IMG/VR virus record: IMGVR_UViG_3300046787_000353
Location: 1-64,000 of that record
Source: a virus
Lineage: Duplodnaviria > Heunggongvirae > Uroviricota > Caudoviricetes
DNA length: 64,000 bases
Strand: one strand, 5' to 3'
The notes beneath the pieces are model-generated. The model ran no database searches and was not told the DNA's origin. It saw nothing but the letters and a program-made list of their open reading frames with translations. The position numbers and the translations under genes were made by a program. Below are positions 28,980 through 38,717 of the stretch, piece after piece; position 1 is the first letter of the stretch; every line of letters starts with the position of its first letter.

Positions 28980-29236
28980 TCAGTTTCGATAATTAAATAT
29001 TTTTCAAACCTTTTGGCTTCTTTTGGGTTTACTTCCCTAAAATATTCCAATGTAATCTCATATCTGCCTAATTCGTTTTTTGAATTAAACAATTCGATAT
29101 CCAATGAATCTATCTTTGCTTTATATTCTTTATCACTAACTCTCAATTTTTCCAATTCTTTATTCTGTCCGTAGATAGTATAAAGTAATGCCAGAACTGT
29201 CCCAGCCGTTAATAACGGATTGAAGTATTTTTTCAT
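28976..29236 (-). CDS. membrane-anchored coiled-coil protein (86 aa)
   Basis: Hydrophobic N-terminal segment. Confidence 0.45.
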   Translation of the reverse strand: MKKYFNPLLTAGTVLALLYTIYGQNKELEKLRVSDKEYKAKIDSLDIELFNSKNELGRYEITLEYFREVNPKEAKRFEKYLIIETE

Positions 29237-29248
29237 AGTATTATTGTT

Positions 29249-29869
29249 TTAATCCCACCAACCTCGCATATCTGCACCATTGTACCATTTATCCCATGCT
29301 GTTGATACTTCTTCGGGTTTAAGTGTTTTTTTCAATTTGTTCCAATCTAAATTGGATTGTCCTTTAAATATATTCCACAACTCTCTCCACTCTTTCTCTT
29401 CAAGATTACGAGCCGCTTGGAATACTTTTCTATTATGTGCTTTTTCTGCTTTGGTTTCATTCTCAATCAACCTACTTACACCAGCCTCAACTTCTTCAAA
29501 TTCCCAATCACGTAATACCAATGGGCCTAATTCAAGTTCTACTCTATCAATGTAGTCATCATTCATAATGTGGTCAAGTAATTCAACTGCTCTTTGCATT
29601 TTGGCAATCTTCTTATTTCTACTTTCAGGAACCTCATTTCCATTATGCATACCTTTCTCCATAATTTTAATAGAAGTTTGTAATGCCTCCAATGTATAAC
29701 GATAATCATACCATCTATGATTCCATAACATCTTACGAAATCTATAAATATTTTTAAGGAATGCCGGAATTTTGTATCGGATTACTTCATAAGTTTTATA
29801 CCACCAACTTTGGTGTCTGATTAGAGTTTTTAAGCTATCTCCGAAGCTATCTGCGAATTGTACTTTCAT
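29249..29869 (-). CDS. hypothetical protein (206 aa)
   Basis: Minus-strand ORF. Confidence 0.5.
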   Translation of the reverse strand: MKVQFADSFGDSLKTLIRHQSWWYKTYEVIRYKIPAFLKNIYRFRKMLWNHRWYDYRYTLEALQTSIKIMEKGMHNGNEVPESRNKKIAKMQRAVELLDHIMNDDYIDRVELELGPLVLRDWEFEEVEAGVSRLIENETKAEKAHNRKVFQAARNLEEKEWRELWNIFKGQSNLDWNKLKKTLKPEEVSTAWDKWYNGADMRGWWD

Positions 29870-29888
29870 AATTTTTATTTTTATCGGC

Positions 29889-30293
29889 TTAAACCGTATG
29901 TTCTATTTGCACTCTTACACAATTTTGTGGTAATCTGTGTATGTGTCTGTAATTATTTATATATCCCATCATATTTGCTGAACCAATTGCGTTAGCTGAA
30001 TGTACCACTACATCTACTACACGTTGCCCATCTAACCATTGATTCACCAACCACTTCACACAATCCATTCCAGTCTTTTCTAAAATGTTATCGTAGTTTA
30101 ATTCGTAGTTGTGATATACATTCTTATGCCATTCAGCCATAGCGGTATCCCCCAAATCGTGGTCTAATGAAATCAATTCGATATTATCCAACCCAATGTA
30201 TTGAATTGTAGATACGAATTGGTCATAGTTCCTAACTATTGTCCAACCATCTCCTACTGGAGTTCTTACATCATCTAAATATATTCTTGTCAT
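29889..30293 (-). CDS. hypothetical protein (134 aa)
   Basis: Minus-strand ORF. Confidence 0.5.
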   Translation of the reverse strand: MTRIYLDDVRTPVGDGWTIVRNYDQFVSTIQYIGLDNIELISLDHDLGDTAMAEWHKNVYHNYELNYDNILEKTGMDCVKWLVNQWLDGQRVVDVVVHSANAIGSANMMGYINNYRHIHRLPQNCVRVQIEHTV

Positions 30294-30299
30294 AACTCT

Positions 30300-31100
30300 T
30301 TATATAAAATCAACTATATCATTTTTTTCAAAATCATAGTCGAATGTTAATGGATAATTATTTACTTCATAACTCAAATCGCAATTACACCCATTAAACG
30401 CATATCCCCATCCAGTGTTTCTATATCCGTATGCTTCGTGGATGTGACCTGAAAAATGTAATTTAGGATTAACTTCATTCAATCTAAGATATAATTGCTC
30501 ACATCCCACATTCAATCCACCATATTGAGTTCTATCACAATAACTATGTATCGGTCCATGTGTAATAACAATATCAGTATCTAATGGGATTCCATTCCAT
30601 ACTTCGTTTATATCATACCCTCTATCTTTGTTGAATGCCCATCCATATCCAAATGATGGTGTGATTGGCGAACCCCATATTTTTAACCCATCAATTGTTA
30701 TATCTGAATTTTCTAAATAATAAACATTATCATTTAAGCCATTCGTTAATAACTCAATCAACCAATCCGGCTTACCTTCCGCTGGAATATGTTCATTACC
30801 TTCGGTATCCCATACAGAACGTTTACCATCGAAGTAATCAATTTTATTCTGCATTAACTTTTCAGAATCAAAAGACATATCGTGGTTACCTGCAATAAAG
30901 ATTTTGTGAGTGTAGTTATCGATTCCATTAAACCATTTAATAAATGATTCAACTTCTCTTTTTCTACCTAAAGAAGATATATCGCCACTATGGATAAGAA
31001 TATCACCACCTGCCAACTTACCACTAAGTTGATTGTGTTTGTTGTGGGTGTCCGATATGTGGGTGATTCTCTTCATCATAATTGTAACTTTCATGTCCAA
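30300..31100 (-). CDS. Calcineurin-like metallophosphoesterase
   Basis: Motifs ISDTH, GDISSLG, GNHD, ITHGP and SGHIHEAYG. Confidence 0.75.
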   Translation of the reverse strand: MDMKVTIMMKRITHISDTHNKHNQLSGKLAGGDILIHSGDISSLGRKREVESFIKWFNGIDNYTHKIFIAGNHDMSFDSEKLMQNKIDYFDGKRSVWDTEGNEHIPAEGKPDWLIELLTNGLNDNVYYLENSDITIDGLKIWGSPITPSFGYGWAFNKDRGYDINEVWNGIPLDTDIVITHGPIHSYCDRTQYGGLNVGCEQLYLRLNEVNPKLHFSGHIHEAYGYRNTGWGYAFNGCNCDLSYEVNNYPLTFDYDFEKNDIVDFI

Positions 31101-31278
31101 CGATTTGGTATGCTTCCATTAAGGAATCCAATGCGATGGATAATTGTTTTTGAACATCCGGCAATTTATCGGATAGTGGGTGATTTAATATATGGTCATC
31201 CAATGTACAAGCTAAAACGTGGATTCTATCCATCAATTCCAAATAATGTCCACTATTTATTTTATACTCTTCTTCCAT
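31024..31278 (-). CDS. hypothetical protein (84 aa)
   Basis: Minus-strand ORF overlapping its neighbour. Confidence 0.35.
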   Translation of the reverse strand: MEEEYKINSGHYLELMDRIHVLACTLDDHILNHPLSDKLPDVQKQLSIALDSLMEAYQIVGHESYNYDEENHPHIGHPQQTQST

Positions 31279-31295
31279 TATATTTTAAATAAAAG

Positions 31296-31470
31296 GCTGT
31301 TGAGGGAGGATTCGAACACTCCACGATGCGATTCAGTAAGTAACACTTTCGGCGGCCGCCTGGTGGTCTACCCCATATTACTTACCTATTTCGTACTCAC
31401 CACCCCCGAGACAGGAGGGCTTGTCTGCCCGGTCATAACAGAGATGACCTTTTCCAACACTCAACAATTT
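31296..31470 (-). ncRNA. tRNA-like element of about 175 nt. The 5' and 3' ends can pair as an acceptor stem (GTTGAG/CTCAAC, then G-CC), and a TTCGAAT T-loop-like motif is present. It does not fold as a canonical tRNA.
   Basis: Intergenic region immediately 3' of tRNA-Ser(TGA) on the minus strand. Minus-strand 3' end reads ...GGAGTGTTCGAATCCTCCCTCAACAGCC. Confidence 0.25.
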
Positions 31471-31471
31471 G

Positions 31472-31557
31472 CGGAAGGAGTAGGATTCGAACCCACGGTA
31501 CCTTTCAGTACACCTGATTTCAAGTCAGGCGCGATAGACCAACTCTGCCATCCTTCC
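31472..31557 (-). tRNA. tRNA-Ser (anticodon TGA), type II with long variable arm
   Basis: Acceptor GGAAGGA/TCCTTCC, anticodon loop CTTGAAA, T-arm GTGGG-TTCGAAT-CCCAC. Confidence 0.8.
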
Positions 31558-31576
31558 AATGTAGTAAATATATATA

Positions 31577-31966
31577 CTACTTTTTAGTTTTAGTATTAGT
31601 TAATGAATTGATAATGGCAACTAATCTTTCGATTTCTTTATCTTTATTATCAATTATATCAATAAACGTAGGTTCAATTGAATTAAGTACTTCTATTTTT
31701 GCCTCTATCTTAGCTAACTCAATACCTCTTTCTTCTTTAGTTGAATGAAATTCATGCTCATATTCAGCCAATTGTATATGACATTGCTTTTCCATTTCAA
31801 CAACTTCTTTTAATCGTTTAACCTTATGAGTTTCAATCTCATTATCTACCTGATTATGTTTTTCTCTACGATATAATTCAATTTCTCTATCGATTATACG
31901 TTTTTCAATTTCTAAATCTCTCGAATCCTGAGCGTTAGTATCATTTGATTTGTTTCTTCCAAACAT
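31577..31966 (-). CDS. coiled-coil protein (129 aa)
   Basis: Glu/Lys-rich heptad-like sequence. Confidence 0.45.
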   Translation of the reverse strand: MFGRNKSNDTNAQDSRDLEIEKRIIDREIELYRREKHNQVDNEIETHKVKRLKEVVEMEKQCHIQLAEYEHEFHSTKEERGIELAKIEAKIEVLNSIEPTFIDIIDNKDKEIERLVAIINSLTNTKTKK

Positions 31967-32190
31967 AGTGTTAATTTTAAAAATGAGTTTATGGGGAATG
32001 ATTCCAAATATAAAGGTTATCCAGTTTCAGCGAGGTTTGAATTTATTGATATCACGCGACAAGAGACCCTAATATTTTTGAAGTTTGTTAATTATTCATT
32101 ATCTTATTCGTTCATCCGCTATTTGGTGTCATAGTTGAATTGTAAGAATAAACTAAATAAATGGTTTCAAACCCCACTCACTCAATATTT

Positions 32191-32649
32191 TTAGATTTGA
32201 GTTGTTGCGTTATGAACATCCAATTCATCTTGCAACTGCTCAATTTTTACATTTAGAATATCCACTCTTTTTTGGATATCTACAATTGATAATTCTACCT
32301 CTTTTACTGAAACAACACTTCCATATCGGGAGTCTTGCTTTCCTTCATCCGTTGGAACTTTCTTTAATTCCTTTACCAAACCTTTCAATTCAGCCAATGC
32401 GAAGATTTTATCATACACCGGTTGGTTTGCTCTATGCAATTCGGCTTTCAATTGAACCAACTCATTTGTCAATTCGGTAACCTTATCCAATGTTTCTGCC
32501 ATTGAATATCTACGAGGATTTCCTTCTTCTATTGAATTATACTTTTTCAAAATCTCATATTGAGCTTTTAAATCTGCAACCAATTTGTTTTTTGCCTTTA
32601 AGGCCTGTTTAACGTTCATATATTTAAGTTTTATCGTTTTGTTATACAA
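32191..32649 (-). CDS. coiled-coil protein (152 aa)
   Basis: Minus-strand ORF. Confidence 0.5.
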   Translation of the reverse strand: MYNKTIKLKYMNVKQALKAKNKLVADLKAQYEILKKYNSIEEGNPRRYSMAETLDKVTELTNELVQLKAELHRANQPVYDKIFALAELKGLVKELKKVPTDEGKQDSRYGSVVSVKEVELSIVDIQKRVDILNVKIEQLQDELDVHNATTQI

Positions 32650-32685
32650 ATATACAATTAATATTTCAATTTTCCAAATTTATTT

Positions 32686-33261
32686 TCATAATATATCACA
32701 TTTTTTTAAAGCGTATGATAGAGCCAATCCTTCACCATTATCCAATCCCTTATATTTTGTTTGCTCCGAACACATTTTTCGAAATATTGGCTGTATTTCT
32801 CGTAAAAGGCGTAACATAGATTTTGTATTAATATCCTTACCAAAAAATAATTCAGTTTCTCGTATGGCAGGTAATCGTTTGTAGTCTATTCCTACACTAT
32901 TACAATAATCTATAAATGGATTAAAATAATTGGTATATTTAAAATAATCTTCAAAGTAATCACCATAAGGCCAATGTGATTTAAAATAAAATTGAGTATC
33001 TGTGTTAAAGTTAAAATCAACTTCATCTATTTTATTTATATCAATATAGAATACATCATCTTTAAATTTCTCAACCATTTGTAAACTGAAATACAACTTG
33101 TCGAAATATGAAAATCTATTGTTTGGATATTTTTCACAATAAAATACATCATCGATAATAACATCAGTTAATAGGCAAACTTTGTAGTTTGATAATTTGC
33201 GTAATACCTCATTAATCTTATCGGAATACCCATATCCTACGGCAACCAATGCTATTATCAT
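32686..33261 (-). CDS. hypothetical protein (191 aa), possibly a nucleotide-sugar transferase-like fold
   Basis: The N-terminus MIIALVAVGYGYSD is reminiscent of GT-A families. Weak. Confidence 0.3.
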   Translation of the reverse strand: MIIALVAVGYGYSDKINEVLRKLSNYKVCLLTDVIIDDVFYCEKYPNNRFSYFDKLYFSLQMVEKFKDDVFYIDINKIDEVDFNFNTDTQFYFKSHWPYGDYFEDYFKYTNYFNPFIDYCNSVGIDYKRLPAIRETELFFGKDINTKSMLRLLREIQPIFRKMCSEQTKYKGLDNGEGLALSYALKKCDIL

Positions 33262-33269
33262 AATCCTTT

Positions 33270-33920
33270 TTAATATCTTTGGTAAGTTTCTTCTTTTGTT
33301 ATTTCCTCACCACTCCATTCTACCAATGGACACATCTTCTTATATCCAGCAACTATCATCCATCCTATCATTTTGGTAACAGACCACTTCAATGGATTAA
33401 TCCAATTGAAAAATCTAACAATCCAATCTGCCAGATAGTGTCCGAATTTCTCAATAGCCCAAACTAGTCCCAATACGAATCCAACCATACTAACAACTAA
33501 TATCATTGCTACTGCTAATTCGATAAGTTTAGATGTAGTTATCACCGTATATAATCCAAAAATAAGACCGATGGCTCCTCCTATGAATAATAGATACAAA
33601 AATCCTTTACCAACTATCTTACCGATTTTATCCATACGGTCTTGTTTAATTTTATCCAACTTTCTTCTCTCATTCCATTCAGCCAACCATTCCTCATGCG
33701 ATTGAGGTGGTTTAACCACTTCTTTTGGCTTTGGAATAAAACTACCAATCCACTTACTTGCTTTTTCTAATCCTCGCCCTGCTGATAAGAATGGTGTAAC
33801 TAAACACAATCCAACGATTGTCCAAAAGTATGGACAAAGTGATGCCGGTGCTTTTGTGTATGGCAATTCTTTTTTAAATAATCTGTAATGCCAACTTTCT
33901 CTGTTTAATGTAACTTTCAT
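33270..33920 (-). CDS. integral membrane protein (216 aa, about 4 TM segments)
   Basis: Several hydrophobic segments. Confidence 0.5.
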   Translation of the reverse strand: MKVTLNRESWHYRLFKKELPYTKAPASLCPYFWTIVGLCLVTPFLSAGRGLEKASKWIGSFIPKPKEVVKPPQSHEEWLAEWNERRKLDKIKQDRMDKIGKIVGKGFLYLLFIGGAIGLIFGLYTVITTSKLIELAVAMILVVSMVGFVLGLVWAIEKFGHYLADWIVRFFNWINPLKWSVTKMIGWMIVAGYKKMCPLVEWSGEEITKEETYQRY

Positions 33921-33937
33921 TGTTTTATATTTTATAA

Positions 33938-34132
33938 TTAATCTTCATCTTCAATTTCATCGGCAAATAGTTCATACTGAACTTCATCCGGTATATGTGA
34001 ATACCCATATACATCTAAATTGTAATCATTTGCCCAATCTTCTTTAGCCATTGCCTTTGCTTCTTCTTCTGAATTAGCTTCATAAATGTTATCAACATAG
34101 ATTATGATTTTGCCTGTAACACTATATTCCAT
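33938..34132 (-). CDS. small acidic protein (64 aa)
   Basis: Minus-strand ORF. Confidence 0.35.
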   Translation of the reverse strand: MEYSVTGKIIIYVDNIYEANSEEEAKAMAKEDWANDYNLDVYGYSHIPDEVQYELFADEIEDED

Positions 34133-34589
34133 ATTCTAATATTTTAGTTCTTAATGCGAATAATGCTTTATTGAAATCTTCAAATAATGGGATGTTATAT
34201 CGAGTACATACTACTCCAACATTTCCTTTTCTCCAAAACTCATCCGGACAACATACAATCATCTTTCTGTCATTGGCATGCAATCCTAATTCTAATAAGG
34301 ATATTGGTGATTTAGTTTCAGGTGAGAAGTTCATAAATATGATACCACAATTTTCCATTGCGTTCATCTCCCAATTCACTTGCTCATTGAATTGAACACT
34401 ATCATGCGACCAACTACTATCCCAATCATCTCTACGAGGATTAAAGAATGTTACATCTACATCTTTAAATTCATTTTCTACTCTCTTCTGCCATTCTTCA
34501 GCTGCTCCCATTTCAATAGAGCCTGCTAAAAAGATACCAACATTGAACTTTTGAGTATCGGTACTTCCTGGTTTAATTATTTGTGCCAT
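34122..34589 (-). CDS. Nucleoside 2-deoxyribosyltransferase-like protein (Rcl/DNPH1-type fold)
   Basis: GIFLAGSIEMG near the N-terminus and SLLELGLHANDRKMIV (catalytic Glu context) fit the family pattern. Confidence 0.55.
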   Translation of the reverse strand: MAQIIKPGSTDTQKFNVGIFLAGSIEMGAAEEWQKRVENEFKDVDVTFFNPRRDDWDSSWSHDSVQFNEQVNWEMNAMENCGIIFMNFSPETKSPISLLELGLHANDRKMIVCCPDEFWRKGNVGVVCTRYNIPLFEDFNKALFALRTKILEYGI

Positions 34590-34590
34590 A

Positions 34591-36129
34591 CTATTTTAAT
34601 CTTTCTTTAATTTCAGTTAAGGTCGTTTGATTGTAGAATGTACCATCTTTATAGATTGTTTGTAAAAACCCTCTACCTTCACCCTCCCAAGTTACTTTAT
34701 CAAATAACACATATTCACCATCGGTATTTTTATCAACCCACAACAAGCCTGTTGCTGATTTCTTAGTTCCATCATCAGTAATAGGGTCTTTGAAGATTTC
34801 TCTACCAACACCATCTACTTCAACATAAGTTGCTTTCATTGCGAATCCAAAAGTATCACGAGTGTTATACTGATATGTGAATGAACCAATGCCCAATACA
34901 ACGTTTGTAGATGCGAACCCTTTTGCTTCTAACCGAGCGCAGATTTCATTCGCCCGTCCAATTGTGATTGAATCACCATAAATGGCTCCAATGTGAGAGT
35001 CTAAAACTTTGTAACCTTGCTCATTGATTGTTCCACCAAATACATCCCAAAGTAATTCAATAACACCTTTATATTGATTAGGAGTAACTACCTTTCCTTC
35101 ATTGTATTCTAACTCCCCATAAAAATCTACTAAATAATTTCCATTTTCATCTTGTAGTTCCTTATAATCGGTTCTATTCCAAGAATGACCTCTATCACCA
35201 CATAAAATATCAATTGGGTCACCACTATCAGGTCTGATTACCAATTTACCATCTCTTGCTAAGATTTCTTCTTTAAGAGTAACGATATGCTCGGTACATA
35301 CCTTCCATAAATCCCACGTATCACTTACAACTGATAAAATACCTTTTGGATAAGTTTCTAATAATCTACGGAATGTCCCAACCTCATCATCTTTACTTCC
35401 TGCACACATTACACTATGTTCGGTTGCGTTTACTGAACCTCCAACGAATCCTTCTTCACCATAGAACTTTCTTGCTCCGTAAATAGCAGGTAAACTATCA
35501 GTTCCACTAAATGATGTTAAGTGTCCTAATCCACTAGCGATTGTAGCTTCAACTGAATCCATACCTCTCATTGAGAAGTCATGTCCTTGCCAATCAACAA
35601 ACCAACCCTTTTCAGCATCGGTCTTTTCTTGCCACTTAGTTAATACCTTACGATAGGTATGTGCAATGGTAGCAGATGTCATTGGTTTCCATAGTAAATT
35701 GGAAATGATTGTTTCTAAGTAGTTTGTTACCCAATAGAACTCTGGCAATGTATTGTAGATTGTTAATACAGGTACTTTCATTGGAACTAATGTACCTTCT
35801 TCAATTGCTTTTACATTGATAGGTAAATAACCTAAATCATGCAATTGTTCAAAATGAGTAACATCATAATCAGTTCCTAAATATAATGATAATTCACGTT
35901 TCATTTCTCCACAAACTTCATCTTTTGGTTTAGAGAAAAACTCCTTCTCAAATGCTTCGTGGATTTGTTTCATAATCATTTGTTGTCCAAATGATACTAC
36001 GTTATCACACCCAGTTGGTGCGTATTTGTTACTTCTCGGTGTGAAGTTAGAATATACTAATGTAGTTCCTTGCGGGTATTGTTGGTGGTGACCTGTTTTG
36101 TAACCATCTGTCAGTAATAGTGGATTCAT
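34591..36129 (-). CDS. nadV: Nicotinamide phosphoribosyltransferase (NAMPT/NadV)
   Basis: MNPLLLTDGYKTGHHQQYP, HDFSMRG and VIRPDSGDP motifs are shared with NAMPT. Confidence 0.9.
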   Translation of the reverse strand: MNPLLLTDGYKTGHHQQYPQGTTLVYSNFTPRSNKYAPTGCDNVVSFGQQMIMKQIHEAFEKEFFSKPKDEVCGEMKRELSLYLGTDYDVTHFEQLHDLGYLPINVKAIEEGTLVPMKVPVLTIYNTLPEFYWVTNYLETIISNLLWKPMTSATIAHTYRKVLTKWQEKTDAEKGWFVDWQGHDFSMRGMDSVEATIASGLGHLTSFSGTDSLPAIYGARKFYGEEGFVGGSVNATEHSVMCAGSKDDEVGTFRRLLETYPKGILSVVSDTWDLWKVCTEHIVTLKEEILARDGKLVIRPDSGDPIDILCGDRGHSWNRTDYKELQDENGNYLVDFYGELEYNEGKVVTPNQYKGVIELLWDVFGGTINEQGYKVLDSHIGAIYGDSITIGRANEICARLEAKGFASTNVVLGIGSFTYQYNTRDTFGFAMKATYVEVDGVGREIFKDPITDDGTKKSATGLLWVDKNTDGEYVLFDKVTWEGEGRGFLQTIYKDGTFYNQTTLTEIKERLK

Positions 36130-36165
36130 AATTTATCTTTTTAATTATATTCAAATATACGAAAT

Positions 36166-36603
36166 TTATACGGGATTTCCTAATCTATCGGTGGGTTTTT
36201 TATACATTGTTACAACCATTCGTAAATCATCATAAACCTGCTTCAACCCAGCTCTATCATCCAATAGTGCTGAAAAGAATGGTTTACGGGATTCCCAACC
36301 CAAATCGATACCATCCGTATTGATACCATCGCAAGGGATACCATTATCCTTCAAATACTTTTCAACAAATTCCAAATCCTTTTGGGCTGTCCAACAAATC
36401 AACTTACAATTCATCTCCTTCAAATCTCGCAGTAATTCAACTACATAATCATAGGTTGCCCCAGTTTGATGGTAATCATATACCGTACCATCGAAATCAT
36501 ATCCAATGGTAAGTGAACCATATTTTCTATACTCATCCATCAATCTTCGTAAAGATTTGCCGGTTTCTAAATATTCATCAGTACGTGTCATATTAAAATA
36601 CAT
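36166..36603 (-). CDS. small HAD-superfamily hydrolase-like protein
   Basis: DFDGTVYD (HAD motif I). Confidence 0.45.
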   Translation of the reverse strand: MYFNMTRTDEYLETGKSLRRLMDEYRKYGSLTIGYDFDGTVYDYHQTGATYDYVVELLRDLKEMNCKLICWTAQKDLEFVEKYLKDNGIPCDGINTDGIDLGWESRKPFFSALLDDRAGLKQVYDDLRMVVTMYKKPTDRLGNPV

Positions 36604-37456
36604 TTAATTGTTTTGTATTGGTTTTAACTCCATATTCATCATCTGCTACATCTCTGTAACTATTGGTACAATAGATACCATCGAAGTATCTGTTTAACTC
36701 CTCAAATCCGGCACTAAAGATACCATGTGTAACGATTAAATAAACTGAAGCGGTTGCTCTACTATCTTTGATTGCCTTAGCAAGTTCAATGAATGTTCTA
36801 CCACCATCACAAATATCATCTATGATTACATATTTCAATTTATTATGCTGGTCCAAAGTTGGGATTTCCGTTCTAAGAATTTTACCCGTTTTCATATCTC
36901 TAACTTTTGTAGCGGTTATGATTTTCTCAATACCAAACTCCTTAGCTACATCGAATATTTTCTTATATGCTCCTGCATCAGGTGATACCAATACCACATC
37001 TTCTTCCTCACCATCTTTAATCAAATAAGAAAGTGCATCATCAACTAATTCAAAGTTATTTTTTTTAGTGTAGTTGTTCAAACATGCTTCCAATACATCC
37101 GAATGAGGGTCTAAGACAGTAACATCTTTAAAGTTCTGTGAATTTATAATCGGGCAGATAACTTGCTTTAAATAGTTAACTCCGCCTCTTAGGAATTGTC
37201 TATCAGAACGAGAACCTAAGAAATAAGGAACTGCTAATGATATATTGGTAATACCCAAGTTTAACAATGCCTGATTAGCACATATAATCAATTCTAAATC
37301 TTTAAAATTGTTCAATCTACTTATAATTGTAATGGGTGATTTGTAATCCACAATGGTATTAATATCAATATCAATAGTCTGTTGACCATCTGGAAATTGA
37401 GAAATACGAAATTTTGGATTACTCTTATCGGGGTTAACTAAGTTTAAATAGCTCAT
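36593..37456 (-). CDS. prs: Ribose-phosphate pyrophosphokinase (PRPP synthetase)
   Basis: LAVPYFLGSRSDRQ aligns with PYFGYARQDRK, VLVSPDAGAYKK with VVVSPDVGGVKR, and YVIIDDICDGGRTF with the PRPP-binding VIVDDMVDTGGT motif. Confidence 0.85.
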   Translation of the reverse strand: MSYLNLVNPDKSNPKFRISQFPDGQQTIDIDINTIVDYKSPITIISRLNNFKDLELIICANQALLNLGITNISLAVPYFLGSRSDRQFLRGGVNYLKQVICPIINSQNFKDVTVLDPHSDVLEACLNNYTKKNNFELVDDALSYLIKDGEEEDVVLVSPDAGAYKKIFDVAKEFGIEKIITATKVRDMKTGKILRTEIPTLDQHNKLKYVIIDDICDGGRTFIELAKAIKDSRATASVYLIVTHGIFSAGFEELNRYFDGIYCTNSYRDVADDEYGVKTNTKQLNVF

Positions 37457-37527
37457 TATCTTATAACTTTTAATTTATTAATATACTCAAATATACGAAA
37501 TATAAGTGAGATAGCCAAATATTTTAA

Positions 37528-37558
37528 CAAAAAAAGAGCAACTATTTTAGTTGCTCTT
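37528..37558 (-). terminator. rho-independent terminator after the RNA ligase gene
   Basis: agagcaact/agttgctct hairpin plus a U-run. Confidence 0.6.
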
Positions 37559-37563
37559 TCAAT

Positions 37564-38706
37564 TTAGTGAGAATCGCCTACATTGTGTTTCTCTCCGTAG
37601 ATTAAATAATCAGGGTTGATTACTTTAGCTACTTTTTGTCTTTCACCTGTATAGTATTTGATTACAATTCCTTCCTCTGGCACTTTAGAACCTTTGATGA
37701 AGTTGTTGAATACAAAACTATCTTGTACATCTTGCGACCATTTGCCAAAATACAATATTGGAACGTATGGTAAATCTAAAAATTCAAATGTGCTATTAGC
37801 ATTCATTGGTGTCATATATTTACCATCAACCGTAATATCGAATCCAGCAAAATCAATAGTATCTAATCCATACTCATAGTTCTTTTGAACCCCTTTACCA
37901 TAGATTTCACCATAGATTACAAACCCACTACCAATTTCTTCTGGACTATATGTAGCCCTTACGATTTGCCATAACTTACGTTTGATATCTAAATCATTCG
38001 CAATGTTATACCAAACGTTTGTATCATAGAAACCTTGTGAGTCTGAACCTTTCTCCACATTGTGAGAACCAACCACATATTCGTAGTCAATCCAACCGTC
38101 GGCCAATCCAAAGAATTTCTTAACTTTATCAAAGAATGATAATTTGGTTTTTTTACAAATACCATATCTTGCATTAGTTCCGTGAATCTTACGAGTGATT
38201 TCCACAAAGTCGTCTTCGGTAAACATTCCAGCTACGTTTTTCAAATTCGGAAATTTGTAGTAGATATGGAAGTTTGGATTATCTTTGTATTTAATCTTTC
38301 TACCACTTGCCAATTGAATTTGTTTAACAGGTGGTTCAAATTTACTAACACCAAAGATATCCATACAATCGCTACCTTCTTTCAAATCCCAATCTCCCAT
38401 AGTAGTTCTACCATGTAAGTATTTATGTGGAATGATTAAACATTCTGAATATACACCTCTTAACTTTACAGTCCTAACTCTATTACCTTTACGAAGATAG
38501 CTTGTTACACCCATCTCTTCCGATAAGCCTTCCGGAATTACAGCATCGGTGGTTGCGATGATTACATTATCACCTACGATTTGTTCACCTTTTTTGCTAA
38601 TACAATTCCACCCACCTGCTACGATTAACTCAATGTTATCTGCTCCTGGGATTTCTCTTACTTCGTTTACTTTTGCAACGAAACAAACTGAATTTTGATT
38701 TTCCAT
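37564..38706 (-). CDS. ATP-dependent RNA ligase, Rnl2 (T4 RnlB)-like, with N-terminal tRNA-binding-like OB region
   Basis: Nucleotidyltransferase motif I RKIHGTN equals T4 Rnl2 EKIHGTN. Residues 10-50 (AKVNEVREIPGADNIELIVAGG...EQIVGDNV) resemble the Myf/EMAP tRNA-binding domain pattern. Confidence 0.75.
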   Translation of the reverse strand: MENQNSVCFVAKVNEVREIPGADNIELIVAGGWNCISKKGEQIVGDNVIIATTDAVIPEGLSEEMGVTSYLRKGNRVRTVKLRGVYSECLIIPHKYLHGRTTMGDWDLKEGSDCMDIFGVSKFEPPVKQIQLASGRKIKYKDNPNFHIYYKFPNLKNVAGMFTEDDFVEITRKIHGTNARYGICKKTKLSFFDKVKKFFGLADGWIDYEYVVGSHNVEKGSDSQGFYDTNVWYNIANDLDIKRKLWQIVRATYSPEEIGSGFVIYGEIYGKGVQKNYEYGLDTIDFAGFDITVDGKYMTPMNANSTFEFLDLPYVPILYFGKWSQDVQDSFVFNNFIKGSKVPEEGIVIKYYTGERQKVAKVINPDYLIYGEKHNVGDSH

Positions 38707-38717
38707 TTCTTATATCT

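Noticed and set aside
31296-31470. Calling the 175-nt element a standard tRNA or a group I intron-containing tRNA
   Set aside because: No canonical T-stem can be formed. The insert of about 95 nt is too short for a group I intron. It is reported only as a tRNA-like element.
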